A DNA stretch of 64,000 bases from Podarcis vaucheri (lineage: Eukaryota): assembly GCA_965113315.1 (NCBI GenBank), contig OZ220372.1. One strand, 5' to 3'. The translations under genes were made by a program, and so were the position numbers. Under the pieces are notes generated by a model. It had not been told where the DNA came from and ran no database searches. It worked only from the letters and a program-made list of their open reading frames with translations. Of this stretch, positions 13,683-26,002 are shown piece by piece (within the stretch, counting starts at the first letter, position 1; the number at the start of each line of letters is the position of its first letter).

Positions 13683-14047
13683 AAGGTAAAGGTAAAGGTA
13701 CCCCTGCCCGAACGGGCCAGTCTTGACAGACTCTGGGGTTTGTGCACCCATCTCACATCTATTGGCCGGGGGCCAGCGCTGTCCGAAGACACTTCCGGGT
13801 CACGTGGCCAGCGTGACAACGCTGCTCTGGCGAGCCAGAGCCGCACACGGAACGCCGTTTACCTTCCCGCTGGTAAGCGGTACCTATTTATCTACTTGCC
13901 CCCGGGGGTGCTTTCGAACTGCTAGGTGGGCAGGCGCTGGGACCGAGGAGCGGGAGCGCACCCCGCCGCGGGGATTCGAACCGCCGACCTTTCGATCGGC
14001 AAGCCCTAGGCGCTGAGGCTTTAGCCCACAGCGCCACCCGCGTCCCT
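13683..14047 (-). mobile_element. Sauria SINE, young subfamily B, full length
   Basis: Perfect 14-bp TSD AAACTTCTTTCTTA at 13669-13682 and 14048-14061; 3 substitutions versus the 7154 copy. Confidence 0.95.
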
Positions 14048-14622
14048 AAACTTCTTTCTTAGTTGAGTTTTACTGTTCAGTTTAACATTTATGTTGGCTT
14101 CCACTAACTTGTATCATCTTAGTGTACAGCACGAGGTATCCAGTAAGATAATGCTTGCTTAGAGTAGGGGATTCAGCAGCTCCTCCATTGGAGAGTCTGT
14201 GCACCTTTAACATCTTAAGAAACTTGGCTTCCATTCAAAAAAATAAAATTAAAAAATAGTGCTGGGAGAGCACTCCTCAACCCAGTGCCCTCCAACATGG
14301 TCATGGTCAGGGTTGTTGAGAATCTTTGTCCAAAACCTCTGGGGGGCATCTGGTGGGGAAAGCTGCTTTAAGTTGAAAGAAAATTCATGAAAAACACATT
14401 AACTAGCAAATACTCAAATGGTCAAAAATCTGTTCTGCATTGATAAAAATGGAGCAGCATCACTAGCAAGCAAAAAAAAAAAAAAAGGATGAAGGGGAAA
14501 ATATGATGTGCTACAAATAAATGTGTGCTGCGAACTTGAACAGTTATTCCACCCCCCTTTAACTAAATCCTATGCCGTGTGTGTGTGTGTACTATAAAAT
14601 ATAATTTTCTTGAAAGCAGACA

Positions 14623-14767
14623 TAATATTCATTGGACACATTCAAGTACCATACCCCCGTCAGTCTGAGACCAAATTTCCTGTTTGTTAAGCAGATTTGT
14701 TGCTTATGGTCTTTTATATTAATTTACTGACCTTGCTGAGCAATGGCAGAGTCCCAAAAGCAATTCT
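14623..14767 (+). repeat. Copy 2 of ~140-bp local direct duplication
   Basis: See 11909-12048. Confidence 0.9.
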
Positions 14768-16902
14768 GTTCAAGTGGACTTGTATGGTTGAAAAGTGTTT
14801 CCTGTGATAAACATTCAACAGTTGGTTGAAATGTGGTACCTTTTCACAGCTCATAATGCTGATAAAGTGATGTGCAGATCATGTTAATGATACCGATAAG
14901 GTGCAGCCTTTGATCTCTCAGCATTTTTCCAGCATACATTCAGTGTTTAATAAGTAGACAATACGGACCTGTGCTAGAGCTGACTTTCGCTAAGTATGGA
15001 ACACTAAATTAGGTAACATAGTTGTTTTTAATAATGCATTTTTAAAAAATATATTTAACAGGTGACAACCAATAACAAAATGGGCATAAAGAAAGAAAGA
15101 AAAACAAGTACAGAATCCAAGTTATTCCATGGAGAAAACTCATAGTTGTGACAGCATAAAGGGGCAATTGGTTCAGTTAGGGTGTATGATGACTAGTGTA
15201 TGTCACTTGGTGTACTGCTGATAATTGCTGTCAGGATGTGGTGTCAGCTTTTTCACATCCTACAACTGGCCTGTTGCCATTTCCTGTTAAAGCTTACAGT
15301 CTCTACTAGATCATCATATGTGTGACTTAAGGAAGGTCTAACATTTTTCCTTTTCTTGGTCCCTTGCTGTTCATCTTATAGACATTGTCCCACCCTTACT
15401 CTGTTGTTTGCACTCTTCTTTTTGCATTTAGTAATGACAGACATTAATAGTTCCTTTTTTGGTTTTCAAATGTCCTATAGTCAAGGAACACATAGATTTG
15501 TCTTTCACTGAAGCCCTGTGAACTAAAGCGGATTCTGAAAACACTCCAAGGTTCCTTCTCTCCTTATGCTGGCTAGGTCTTTTCAGTCTTGCCACCTTCT
15601 GTGTGAATTTGGTGTGTGCTCAGGAGCATGTTTAATATTCCCCCATGGCTGTACATAATGTGGCTCCCTGAGAAACTCCTAATAAGATTATGGTTGCTAT
15701 TGGATCTGTTACCTGGATCAGAGCTCATAAACTATTCTAGTAGAACCTGAGCCCAGTTTCTGTTCACTCTTAAGGCTTTTCACGTACCTGACTGCACACA
15801 CAGTTTGGCACACACCTGTTTGTGAAATGTATGGATATGTTGGTATAATTCCACTGCTGTAAGAATGCCCCTCCCCCAAATAATCTTTTCAGTTCTTCAT
15901 AATTTGTATTATGAATTGGAAATGTTTGCCAATTACTTCTCGGAAAAAGTGAACTCGAGTAACTGGTAGTCTTTGTGAACAATATTACAACAGGGGCCCC
16001 TTCTCTGCTAAGATGGTGAGAAATAGATTTATGTGCTGCTGGGGCAGGTGAGGTGGAAAAACTGTGGCCTGCTAGATGCCATTAGACTTCAACTCCCATT
16101 GCACCCGCTCATTGGCAAAGCTGCCAGGGGCTTATGGGATTTGAATTTCAATGCTAGGTCCTTGCTGCTGAAGATACCTAGTGACTTAGACTGTGCACAG
16201 GACATGGAAGTAAAATTTCCAGAAAGTCATGCATCTCAAAGGCTGTCAACCAAAATAACTCTTTTTCTCTGAAGGCATGAGGAATGACAAAACCATGCCA
16301 GATGTATTCTAAGCAGAAAGGGCCTAAAGAAATAGAAGAATATTTTAAGCTGACTATACAGCTCTTCAGTTAGTTTTCAGGAAATGATGAAACTGAAAGT
16401 AACCAAATTCAGCTGGAAGCGCTCATTCTCCTGGTGTGTCTTGCTCAATTATGGCCAAAAAAGGCAAGTAGTTAGATTCTTGGAAGTTGCAATTGCAGGA
16501 AGCTGTGTAGCAGAAGTTTAGACTGCAGCTGTTGCCTTGCCAGCCTTGATACAATTCTGAATACAGTACAATGATTTATTCCCCACCTTTTCCTTTGGCT
16601 CCTGAGTGACAAATTTATGGACCTAAATCACCAGAGTTTTCTCCTATTTTAGCAAAGACCTGTGGCATATTTTTGGCTCCAACACTATGATTAGGCATCA
16701 TGAAGCATGGTGTATCACTGGAAATACTTGGCTCTAGGATAGTTCTTGTTTGTTTGAAGAGCTTTTATTGGGTTTTACATAATGTAACTTTTTGCTTTTT
16801 GATGTCTCCAGCAAATTCTGCCAGTAGGAGCTTCACATTGGTTTTATTGTATTAAATATAGCCCCAGCACATTATTCCTGTTTAATTGCTTCTAATTTGC
16901 AT

Positions 16903-16977
16903 CTGGTTGGTCACTGTGAGAGGATGTTGGACTAGATGGGCGATTGGCCTGATCCAGCAGACTCCTCTTATGTTTTC
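16903..16977 (+). mobile_element. CR1-type LINE 3' end remnant
   Basis: GGATGTTGGACTAGATGGG...GCCTGATCCAGCAG...CTTATGTT, typical squamate CR1 terminus (recall). Confidence 0.55.
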
Positions 16978-17103
16978 AATTTCTAGCAAAATCCAAAGTG
17001 CCTTGTTTGCATGGTTAATCATAAGTAAATGCATATTTAGGTGAATGCAAGCTATCTAAATACTTGCTTTTGAGACTAAGGTGACATAAAACTGATGGCT
17101 TTC

Positions 17104-17104
<1 letters not shown>

Positions 17105-17155
<51 letters not shown>

Positions 17156-17156
17156 T
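17105..17156. repeat. (CTTT)13 microsatellite
   Basis: Perfect tetranucleotide run. Confidence 0.95.
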
Positions 17157-18597
17157 GAAAGGCTTAATGGAAACGTATATCCACAGTACGTCCTTGAACA
17201 AGTCTTGCTGCAGTTTACCAACTATTTTGTAACTTGGTTGACTCTGTAGGGAGACCACTTTTATTCTAAATGTCTTCATGGGCAGCTTTGGCTAGCAGCA
17301 TGCAGCAGTATTGACACTGTGGTGTGCAAAGGCTGGCTGAAAAGCTTGGTTCTTGACAGCTGTATGCATGCACACACAATGCAGAGAGACAGGAAGTTTG
17401 TAAGGTTTTGAAATACCTAATACAATGGAACACTTGTGTTGCATAGTGAGCCACATAAAGTGGCAAGTATAAAATTACTTTGCCTTTCACCTCCTAAAGT
17501 AGTTCTGAGGTTTTTTTCTCCTTGTTGAAAAATAGAAGTGGCTACCTGGCAGCCACTTTTTTCTAATCTCACATCCCTGCTCTAGTCAGGGTGAGTCTCC
17601 TGCCAGCCTGGAGGTTTTACTTTTACTTTCAGGCTATTAACAGATGCCACAAGGGATTTAGTGAGGCTGGCAGCCCAAGTTAATCATTTGTAGGTGTAAT
17701 AGCAAAGAAAGAAATTCTAATTTCTAGATAGGAAGAAAAAACTACCTGCTTTCCTACCCATGCTAGGGGTGCCAGTCTGTAAGTAGCTGCTGTATGCTGT
17801 AAATAACTGTAGACCACTGTAGACTTAGTCAGTATTTCTTCAGATATATTACATTTGTTCCAGGGAACTGACAAATGTTGATAAGAAATCGGGTTGTATC
17901 ATAACTACTGAAAAGTTATTAACCTTAGCAAGTTTTTCATCTCTGTATTTCCTATGATTTGGCATAACTTAATATCATTTTGCAGTTTCATTGGGGTAGA
18001 ACGTGTATATTCTCCTCAGGTGTGACCTATCCATTTTAAATAGCTGTTTTTAACTGAGGGGAAAACCACTTTGACTATGTGAAGCTGCCCCCCCCCCAGT
18101 CTAGTTAAGGCCTAGGGGGAGGAGGCTAATTGTAGCACTACCACATTGTGTTGATATGTAGTTGCCAGCTTCTTGTGTGTGCCTTCAAGCTTGCTTGCTT
18201 GCTTGAGTAATTGGATTCTTTTATGCATCCGGTCACTGCCTATTTGTGACCCACAGGGGCTAATGAATCTGTGGGGAAGCAATAGGTGAATAGTTTATCT
18301 GGGCATGCAACTTGGAGTCAATGGCCTTGTCTACTCAGAACCCCTTTACAAGGACCTAAAATATCTATTCAGTCATCTCTAGTGTTCTTGCCTCTATAGA
18401 GTGTTTAAGCTGACAACATGAGCCTACTTCTAATGATTGCATGGCATTTAAGCAGTAACATGGTCAAATATTTGAAATTGTGTTGGTGAGGGAACTGGTG
18501 CCTATTTCAGATGACTCAAAGGTTGTAGTGTCAAAATGTTGGCAAGGTAATAACATTGCAACTTCTTCTTTTCATAGGTCCCTGGTTATAAACCACC

Positions 18598-18930
18598 ATG
18601 GCTCAGAGAGATGCTGACAAATACCTCTATGTGGATAGAAACTTCATCAACAACCCTCTTGCTCAGGCTGATTGGGCTGCCAAGAAGCTGGTGTGGGTCC
18701 CATCAGAGAAAAATGGTTTTGAGCCTGCTAGCTTGAAGGAAGAAGTAGGAGATGAAGCCATTGTGGAGCTTGCAGAGAATGGGAAGAAAGTGAGAGTCAA
18801 CAAAGATGATATCCAAAAGATGAACCCACCCAAGTTCTCGAAAGTGGAAGATATGGCTGAACTGACCTGCCTGAATGAGGCCTCAGTGTTGCACAATCTG
18901 AAGGAGCGATACTACTCAGGGCTTATCTAC
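18598..18930 (+). CDS. MYH9: MYH9 exon 2 coding part (exon starts 18578, 20 nt of 5'UTR); N-terminal SH3-like domain
   Basis: ttcatag|GTCCCT acceptor, Kozak ACCACCATGG, 333 nt coding, TAC|gtgagt donor. Confidence 0.97.
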
Positions 18931-20239
18931 GTGAGTAATGACTTTTTCTGCTAGTTATAGGATCTAACTAAATCTTACATGTCCCCAGTCTTATACAATT
19001 TCCCCCTGTCTACATTCTAAACTAAACAGTACTTTCCCTAGTAGAGTTTTTGTAGAACATTGTGATGGAGTGGCTTGACTCTTGTGTGTTTGTGTTGGAA
19101 GATATATTAGAAATCATGTACAGCGTTTGATCCAAGCTGAACACACTCTTCATGTAGACACCTGGCTTGCTGCTTCTGTATCTGGAACCTCAGTATAAAA
19201 GAGCAGTAAAACTAAGACTGCAAAATAACAAAGCTCAGCTGCACATAAGGCAGTTGGGATATAAAAAAGTACTGTCGTCTGCTTTCAACCAATCAGAATG
19301 CTGACAATTAAGAACCTCTGAATTGCCTAGGTATTGCACTTCAAGCCTCCAACATGTGGTGCTGCGAACAGGTGATTCTTGGCCAGGGGAGGAGTGGAGC
19401 TTGCAGACAAAGATAAACTCCTCCTGGAAGCTGAGTCAAAAAGCACTTGTATTTAAAAACAACAAGCAAACCCAAAACAATTAGTAGCTAGCAAGCCTTC
19501 TACCAATTTCCAGTTTGTCACACAGCTAAACCAGCAAGTGGCTGGGCACTGTGTTTGGTATCCTGAATAGTGGATAGAAAAAGAATGAAAGAAACATTAT
19601 AGAGTACAGGTAAGAGAGATGCCATTAATGGTCTTCTCTATGCTGGCTGGGTTACCATGCAAACAGGAAATGCCTAAGGACCCCTGAAGAGGAGCCCTTT
19701 CCACCCCCTATAGCCTCAGTTCTGCACTGAGGCTGTACACCCTACTCTCCACTAGCCAGAAGAATGCTTCACAGTAAGGCCAAATTTCTGTTCTTGGCCA
19801 GTAGAGGAATGGATTATACAGGCAAGGGATGTACTGAAGCAGTGAGCTCTCCATCCTTGGGCGCGCTGCAAATCAAAGACACCATACTCAGAATTTTTTT
19901 CCTCTTGAAGGCAATGCCTGATGCTCTACCAGAAGGACGCTTCACAGTAAGGCCCAACTCAGTTCAGAATATACTGAGCAGGTAGCTTTAATTCAACTCT
20001 CATCAAAAGTGGCAGCAATGCTCTCATGAGCTTGATGCCATGGAAACAAGAATATTCAATTGTTTATACGTGACTTAGCATGGACTCTGTTCAGTGGTAA
20101 GATGCTGACACTGTTTACTTGTTGGCATTATTGCTCCATCTGCTGCACTGAATAGAGACTGTAGAGATAACTCCTCAGCTGGAAAAGGGGGCCCTGCAGC
20201 AGTTGTGGTAGAGGATGCATACAATGTGCTGATACCTAG

Positions 20240-20410
20240 GGACATATGAAGTCAACTTCTGCTGTGCCAGACCCTTAGTATATTTAGCTCAGTACTGTTT
20301 ACACTTACTGACAGCAACTTCCTAGGGTTTCAGGGAGAGGTCTCTCCCAGCCCTACCTGGAGATTGACCTTCTGCATGCAGAGTGATTGTTCTACCACTA
20401 AGCTTTCCCC
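20240..20410 (-). mobile_element. tRNA-derived SINE (Squam2-like), degenerate
   Basis: Reverse complement reads AGCTTAGTGGTAGAACAATC...GCATGCAGAAGGTC...AGTACTGAGCTA. Confidence 0.65.
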
Positions 20411-20566
20411 CCTAAAGTAGTAAAGTGTTAGGGCACATAAGGGTGGGCTGCTGTGCAGCTCATAATGGGTAGAGAGGTAGCAACTGTGTGTATGGTTTTT
20501 AGGCACTTGCTCTTCTGAAGATCTTGTGCTTATTCCTGGGAGACAACTGCTGTCAGTTGTCACCTA

Positions 20567-20875
20567 GGTAAAGGTAAAGGGACCCCCTGACCATTAGGTC
20601 CAGTCGTGGACAACTCTGGGGTTGTGGCTCTATAGGCCACTCATCTCGCTCTATAGGCCGAGGTCGTGTGGCCAGCATGACTAAGCCGCTTCTGTCAAAC
20701 CAGAGCAGCGCACGGAAACGCTGTTTACCGTCCTGCCGGAGCGGTACCTATTTATCTACTTGCACTTTGACGTGCTTTCGAACTGCTAGGTTGGCAGGAG
20801 CAGGGACTGAGCAACAGGAGCTCACCCCATCGCGGAGATTCGAACCGCCAACCTTCTGATCGGCAAGCCCTAGTC
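20567..20875 (-). mobile_element. Sauria SINE subfamily A, 5'-truncated, with internal deletion and a duplicated CTCTATAGGCC
   Basis: Tail AGGTAAAGGTAAAGGGAC; body matches copies at 4657 and 21535. Confidence 0.9.
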
Positions 20876-21534
20876 TCAGAAAAAAACTCTGGCCTTATTG
20901 GCATACAGGAGATTGAGAGGAGGGTTGCAGTTGTCTTGGTGGATCTAATTTTGGGGTACTAATCAGTTTGACAGAGAGCTATGGTTCACAAGTGGCCAAG
21001 GGTACAGGAGGAGAGAAATTGGCGTTTGTCCTGAGTTCTATATTCAGGGCACTGATTGGATCAAAGTATATGCCACTGCTGCCTTATACATAAGCTGCAG
21101 CTGAGCCCGACTCTGTAAAAGGGATATTTTGCCAGACTTCACTGATTTCCATTTGTTCCCTTCAAAGTGTTTCATTCTAACATCCATTTAGCTGTTTGTT
21201 GCTGTCTTGTCACATGGATCAGCCCTTCTGTGCTCCCCATACATGGACTCTTGTAAGACTTTGCACAGTGAAGTCTTTGTCACATGTGGCAGTCTGCCTA
21301 CACAGTTTCTCCCCTTTGGAATGGGGAATGGCACATATCTGTCTTTCTTTGCTTTACAGCACATAAAAAATGAAGGTTGTCAGTGTGTACATGTAGTAAA
21401 ATAGACATGTGCAATTTTTCACATTGATGGCTAGAGTACAGATCTTTTGTACCATGACTTTAAGCTAGGCAGTGTACAATTAAGGATGTTTATATATAGA
21501 CCATTTTTTTCTCTCTGAGGCTATACTTGCCAGT

Positions 21535-21881
21535 AGGGACGCGGGTGGTGCTGTGGGTTAAACCACAGAGCCTAGGACTTGCGATCTGAAGGTTGGTGGT
21601 TCAAATCCCAGTGACAGGGTGAGCTCCCGTTGCTTGGTCCCTGCTCCTGCCCACCTAGCAGTTTGAAAGCACGTCAAAATGCAAGTAGATAAATAGGTAC
21701 CGCTCTGGCGGGAAGGTAAACGGCGTTTCTGTGCGCTGCTCTGGTTCGCCAGAAGCGGCTTAGTCATGCTGGCCACATGACCCAGAAGCTGTACGCCGAC
21801 TCCCTCGGCCAATAAAGCGAGATGAGCGGCGCAACCCCAGAGACATCCACGACTGGACCTAATGGTCAGGGGTCCCTTTAC
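21535..21881 (+). mobile_element. Sauria SINE subfamily A, full length
   Basis: 14-bp TSD CTATACTTGCCAGT at 21521-21534 and 21882-21895; CpG decay evident. Confidence 0.94.
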
Positions 21882-21994
21882 CTATACTTGCCAGTGTCTC
21901 TATCACAGTTCTGACCCACTCAACATGTGAGTATTTTCTTTCCTTTGATAGTTTTGTGTGTTTGGAAAATAAGCATCTTGTGTGAGCAAGTATT

Positions 21995-22322
21995 AGTGGC
22001 AAAATATCTGCTTTGCATGCAGAAGGTCCCAGGTTCAATTCCCAAGTAGAGCTGAGAGAGAATCCTGGCAGCAATGCTGGAGAATACTGCCAGTGGCTGT
22101 AGAAAATGCTGAGTTAGTAGGACCAGTGGCCTCAGTGGCGTAGCGTGGGGGGTGCAGGGGCGGCCGGCCACACCGGGCGCAACATCTGGGGGTTAGGGTT
22201 AGGGGGTGCAAATCCATGGGTTAGGGGGCGCAAATTACTTGCCTTGCCCCGGGTGCTGACAACCCACGCTACGCCACTGAATGACCTCACTTGGTATAAG
22301 GCATCTTCCTAGGTTCCTATGT
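21995..22322 (+). mobile_element. tRNA-derived SINE (Squam2-like) interrupted by a MITE
   Basis: CTGCTTTGCATGCAGAAGGTCCCAGGTTCAATTCCC head; tail GGTATAAGGCATCTTCCTAGGTTCCTATG resumes after 22287. Confidence 0.75.
22133..22279. mobile_element. hAT-type MITE with internal TTAGGG repeats
   Basis: Perfect 17-bp TIR CAGTGGCGTAGCGTGGG; degenerate 8-bp TSD AGTGGCCT/AATGACCT. Confidence 0.85.
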
Positions 22323-25300
22323 AGTAACTAATTGTCTCCTAATCTACAAGTTTTGTATGCAGTTTTTTAGTTCAACAGTGACTCAGTCAGTGCTCTAATT
22401 TACAATTCATTTGGGCCTGTGCTAATCTTTATTGGGTGATGATTAAGGAAAGGAAATCTAACCCTTGAGATTTAAGATGTATTTTATACCTTGAGTTGCC
22501 ATGGCTACTGGCCCTGACAAGTATATTTGCATGGAGTAGTTCCCCAGATACAATATTCCTGATAATGACATTCACTCATCAGTGACCTGCTTAAAATTTA
22601 TTTTTATTTCTGTTACTTGTGATCTTATGGACTCCAAGATCATTCCAAATAAATGAATGTTCAGAAGTAGTAATGAGTCCCCCGTTGTCTGACTGGAAGA
22701 GATTCATACACCTACAATGACATGCATATGTGTTGTTTTTAGAAAGACCTGATCCTGTAAAATGGAATGTGTTTACAAGTTTGCCCAATTTTTATTTTCT
22801 ATTCCTTCCTCTCTCCTGATATGATACACCCTTAACTTTTCTGCCTTATAAGGAACTTCTCAAAATGCATCTCTTCCTTTGCGTTTCCTGAGGTTTAGTT
22901 AGGCAATAATTTTAAAACATTACATTCTCACTAATTAGCTGCTATGGCTATGTAGTTCAGTTTCAGTGAACCTTTTAATGTTTATTTTTCTTTAAGCAGC
23001 TACAATAAATAACTTTTTACTACTAATATAGCTAACTTTTTTGTACAGGTTTAAAGCCTTTTTGCTTCCATTTGTCATGATCGCTCACTAATATGGTATT
23101 GGGGTTGTTAACTCTGATTTACAGAGGACTCTGTGGCATGTGCAATTTCCTTGGGTCACGGTGCTTTTTACCCAGTGATACTTAATCCAACTACACTTTA
23201 TATTATAGAAACCTCCCCTGCAAAGTGGGGTATCTGAATGTTGCTTTATTCCAACAGCCTTGGTGCAACCTGAAACCTGTTGTCACCAAAGGTTAATCTC
23301 ATGAAGTCTGCAAATCAGTCTATTACAGTGTGCAGACTTTGTGGTTTTAGCAGTACTCTACATAATCTCTCTACTCCCCACTCCCCCAGCAAGTATTTTG
23401 CTCAACCTTTCTTTATTTTAGATGGTTTCTGTACTAATTCATATTTTCAGAAAAACCTCTAAGTGGTTTACAGCATGTCTCAAAGTGGGGATTCTCAGAC
23501 TGGGGGGCAAATTTGGTCATCCAGGCTCCTCTGTGTTCCCAGGCCACAAACTTCACTGGCTCTGCTTCACATCCAGAGTTGTTGCTTGGCAGGTGTCATT
23601 GAACTCTGATAATGCCTTTTGCTTGTATTGATGGATAGTACAGAGGGATGCGTGTAGAAACTGGCCTATTGTACAAAGCTAAAATAAAAGAATCATTGCC
23701 TTCCCACTTTTGTTTTTGGCTCCACCCACTACTGGGATGCGGTCCCTGCAAGGTTGCCCAGAAGGCATTGTGGCCCTTTGGCACTTTGACAGAAAACATT
23801 GCAAATGAAAATCAAATACAAGAGGTGCACAATTAAAACAGCAACAAAACAAAATATACTCAACATTAAAAAAATAGAGCTAACAGTTATATTCAAAAAT
23901 ACAGTCAGGATTCCACAAGTAAAAAACAAATAAACAGCTAAACAGGTCATTGAGGTAGGTGCCCTCCTTCCCTCCACATTAAAGTCCCCAATGTATTCTT
24001 AACACTGCCAGTCTGGTGAAAGTTTACATATTTAAGCTCTCACCCCTGTAAACTTGGTATTTTTTTCCTGTGGGCTAATGCAGCTTTTGGATCATTTACA
24101 GGAAATGGATAGATATTCTCAGCAAGGATAAGTGCAACTAAAACGCTCTGGTTCAGTGTCCTATGACAGAGGTGCCTGTTTCAGGACAAAATTTTTAAGA
24201 GAAACAGCTTTAATCTCTTACTGTGTTGCAGCCCTCTGAGTAAGTGACTTAGAGTTGGAGTCCTTGAGGTGCTTGAACAGATACAAAGCCCATTCAGATC
24301 AGTGCTATGTCTTCCATGGACTTGTTCAATAATTTTGCATTTGTCGCTTGGGAGAAGCTCCCTCTTATAACTAGTCTTTTTGAAATCAGATTTTTTCTAC
24401 TCTACACTTTTGCTGTTGGATCTCCAGTTCAGTTAGATTTCTAGTATAAAATGGTTACTCTTCCAATTGAGTTTCTTCCAAGCTCTCATGGCTTAAACGG
24501 CAACTAATGTGTATTTCCTGAACACCCTTGGGGTGCCAATTTTTATTAGAGAGCTTCACTTTTTATAGAAACATTTAAAACAAGAACACAGAACAAAGAG
24601 TTGGCAAATTGCGTAACTCCTCCTAGTTTTGTAATTGCTTTGTATTCTCTACTGTTCCCTGTGATCAAAAGACTGTTTTATACAAGCCACAATATGATGA
24701 CCACTATCAACTGGAGGCTTATATTTGTTTCTTGCAGAAGTTTCCTTACTTGTAAATATCCAAGTGTCAATTTTGAGCTGCGCATGTCAAAGAGCTTCAG
24801 CTGGCTGCTGACACTTAGACTATGCTCATATCTTTGTTTCCTAGCTGGGCCATTTATACTTGAGGAAATGCAACGGAAAATGGTGGTTGCCTACAATTCT
24901 GCCTTTCTAACATTAAGAAGTATTAAGTGAAGTGGGGCATCTGCTTCCATATTTGCTGTCCCACTTGCATCTGGAAAGGTCAGCAAGGAGGCTGATCTTC
25001 TTAGCTACTTACTTTGCTTGGACCATGAGTTTAGTAGAGGGGGCAGAGAAGGAGGCAGTTCTTCAAATATACTTTGCGGCAGAGTATCCTAACCTGGTGG
25101 GTACAGACGTTGAGAGGAACAGGAGCTCATCTCTGGTGTCTCGCTGCAGTTGGAAGCACTGAGAAGTGTTGCTGCTTCCAGACATCTTGGATGCCATACA
25201 ATGTCTGGGATGAGCTCTCATCCCTCAGAGGTGGTAGGGGCAGGATTAGTGTATATAACTGTGGCCAGCCAAAATGTTTTTGCACTTACAACCTTGGGGA

Positions 25301-25450
25301 AAACAAGCACACAAAGAGGAATTCAAAGCTTCCTACTGACAGTCTTGGGGAACCTTTTGTAATGGTGCCACTGCAAACCGGATAGCATTATCCCGTCCCC
25401 GTCCCCCTGCATTTCCTGACATATTTCTGCTTTGGATATTGAGGGAAATA

Positions 25451-25816
25451 CCGTATTTTTTTGCACCACAACACTCACTTTTTTCCTCCTAGAAAGTAAG
25501 GGGAAATGTCTGTGCGTGTAATGGAGCGAATGCCTGCGGGTGGCGGGGGGGGGGATCTGCTGCAGTTGTGAGCAGAGGATCCATGGTTTCCCTTCCTTCC
25601 CTCCTCCGTGGTTACAAAGCATGGATCCACATGGATCCTCAGGATTTTTGCATTGGGCTACTCCAAACTCACTGTCAGATCACATGTCTGTGGCCACAGC
25701 ATGAACCACAAAAATCATATATCCACTATTTCATTTAGAATATTTTTCTTGTTTTCCTCCTCTAAAAGCTACGTGTGTGTTATGGTCTGGTGCGTGTTAT
25801 AGAGCGAAAAATACGG
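25451..25816. mobile_element. Tc1/mariner superfamily (Tc2/pogo-like) MITE
   Basis: TA|CCGTATTTTT ... AAAAATACGG|TA termini with TA TSD. Confidence 0.8.
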
Positions 25817-26002
25817 TAGTTGGCAACTTCTCTAAAAGCCTTTTAATGCTGGATTAACTCGTAATAAGCATTCTGTAGAGTTGTGCACATGCGGTGGTTA
25901 CTTCTATATGTTCTTTCTCCACTGAATGCTGCCTTGGCCTCTTAGAGTGAATGAACATTCATATGCATTAAGTGGAATAAAAAAGGAAGTATGTTCTAAC
26001 TG

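Noticed and set aside
1-18577. Search for MYH9 exon 1 and promoter
   Set aside because: No CpG island or promoter-like region; CpG-rich patches are all transposons, so exon 1 lies upstream of the window.
22005-22050. tRNA-like sequence (anticodon arm and T-loop GGTTCAATTCC)
   Set aside because: It is a SINE head, with no complete cloverleaf or acceptor stem.
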